A stretch of DNA of 64,000 nucleotides, taken from the NCBI GenBank assembly GCA_028534125.1, contig CM052816.1:97652001-97716000 (forward strand). Reading direction: 5' to 3'. A program made the translations under genes and the position numbers. How positions within the stretch are numbered: the stretch's first letter is position 1; each line of letters begins with the position of its first letter. The notes beneath the pieces are model-generated. The model saw only the letters and a program-made list of their open reading frames with translations. It made no database searches and was not told the DNA's origin. Positions 62,555-64,000 of the stretch are shown here, piece after piece. Origin of the DNA: Lama glama (taxonomy: Eukaryota).

Positions 62555-63035
62555 TGGGTTAGTCAGGGCTCTCCAGAGAAACAACCTATGGGCTATAGAG
62601 ACAGAAATAAGAGATTTATTACAGGAATTTGCTCATGCAGTGATGGAGGCTGAGAAGTCCCGCAGTCTGCTGTCTGCAGCTGGAGGACCGGGAAAGCCAG
62701 GGGTATAACCTCAGCCTGAGCCCTGAGCCCTAGAACTGGGTGACCACCGGCGTCCGAAGGTCCAAAAGCTGGGGGCTCTGATGTGTGCGGGCAGGGGAAG
62801 ACGGACAGCCAGCTCAAGCAGAGAGAGAAAATGTGCCTTCTGCCCTTTTGTTCTGTTCAGCCCCCGATGAGCTGGATGGCGCCTGCCCACATCAGCGAGG
62901 GCGGATCTTCTGTGCTGCTGCAGGTGCTCATCTCTGCCTGAAACACCTTCACAGACACACCCAGAAGTGATATTTTACCAGCTCGCAGGCCATTCCTTGG
63001 CTTAGTCAAGTTGATACATAAAATTAGCCATCACA
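62555..63035 (-). mobile_element. MLT2-type (ERVL) solo LTR with 5-bp TSD
   Basis: ttagtcagggctctccagagaaaca...agtcaagttgatacataaaattagccatcaca; GGTGG at 62550-62554 and 63036-63040. Confidence 0.9.
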
Positions 63036-63118
63036 GGTGGCAAAAAATATAAATTATGTATGTCTTATTTTCATAATAAAGGTATTTTTAAGTCATAGAG
63101 CCTTTGAGTTGTGAGGGG

Positions 63119-63164
<46 letters not shown>
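63119..63164. repeat. (AT)n microsatellite forming a perfect palindrome
   Basis: (AT)6 G (TA)9 C (AT)6 read directly over 63119-63162. Confidence 0.95.
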
Positions 63165-63165
<1 letters not shown>

Positions 63166-64000
63166 ATTTAACATTAGTTAATTTTACCTGCTGAGTCGAA
63201 CATCTGTGAGTCCGTCAGGCAGAATTCATGCTGTATTTTAGTGACGGCTTCCTTTGATCTTTGTCTGATGAGACATTTTTAGGCAGGTGGTCATTTTCTT
63301 ACTATTTAGTCCTCCTTCTAGATGCTGTACAAGCTACTGCCTTTTACTCTGCCAGTAATTTTTCAGAAGTTGCAATTAAACATATGATCTCAGCGTATGT
63401 TAGTTGTGGTCCAGTGCTCTGGATGAGATTAAAGATTAATCCTCAGTCTCTGGAGAGATGGGAGGAACACTCCACTGAGAGCCGCACGAAGAGCTCTGCC
63501 CAGAGTGTGAGATAGTTTGTATGTGCAGACCTAGACACACACTTAAGACTGTCTTCCTCTGTCTGTTCACTTCTAGGGAGTGATCAGCAAGGGGGGGGGT
63601 GGTAAACCCAGAGCCTGGCGCCTCTGTGTAGGCATTGTGAAGTTAGAGGCAACCTATGAACACTTGCCCGCGAAGGAGAAGCCACCCGATGCCCAGATAG
63701 CCCGTCTGAGGCCGGGCGTGTCAGGCGCTGGGGCTGCGTAAGCACACCTCGTGCCCTCTCTAAGACGGAGCCGCACATCTGGGTGACGGAAGAGAAGTAA
63801 AACCCACTGATACCCATCCTTCCCTCAGCCGTGTCAAGAGGGCTGAGACCATCGTACTTGCGTCTCAGACCGTCGTGTGATATTGTGGGGGTGTGATTCA
63901 CAGGTCCGATAGCTGGAAAGAGTCACGAGGCTTGTCACCGTATCAGAATTCTTCTCAAAATTCCTAGGAAGCCTTAATAATAGACAATTGACTGCAGAAC

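Overview
Mammalian (placental) non-coding genomic DNA, most likely from a camelid. The evidence is short tRNA-derived SINEs resembling camelid Vic-1 and cetartiodactyl-type L1 3' ends, recognised from memory and not searched. Roughly half of the window is decayed interspersed repeats: L1, L2, MIR, MaLR/ERVL/ERV1 LTRs, and hAT and Tigger DNA transposons. There is one 500-N assembly gap. I cannot support any host protein-coding gene, RNA gene or CRISPR array. The only ORFs I recognise are broken L1 ORF2 pieces, an ERVL RNase H relic and a hAT transposase relic. The best-supported observations are structural: two twin-primed (5'-inverted) L1 insertions with target-site duplications (TSDs), a 3'-truncated L1 nested in an older L1, a ~95-bp dispersed duplication ending in a fold-back hairpin, ERVL pieces in opposite orientations, patches of apparent GC-biased substitution, and a 44-bp perfect AT palindrome. 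A repeat-poor island at ~20.8-24.2 kb has promoter-like motifs, and phase-compatible minus-strand exon candidates suggest a speculative unannotated spliced transcript. I did not find a convincing new biological system. Repeat boundaries are approximate and subfamily names are by-eye calls.
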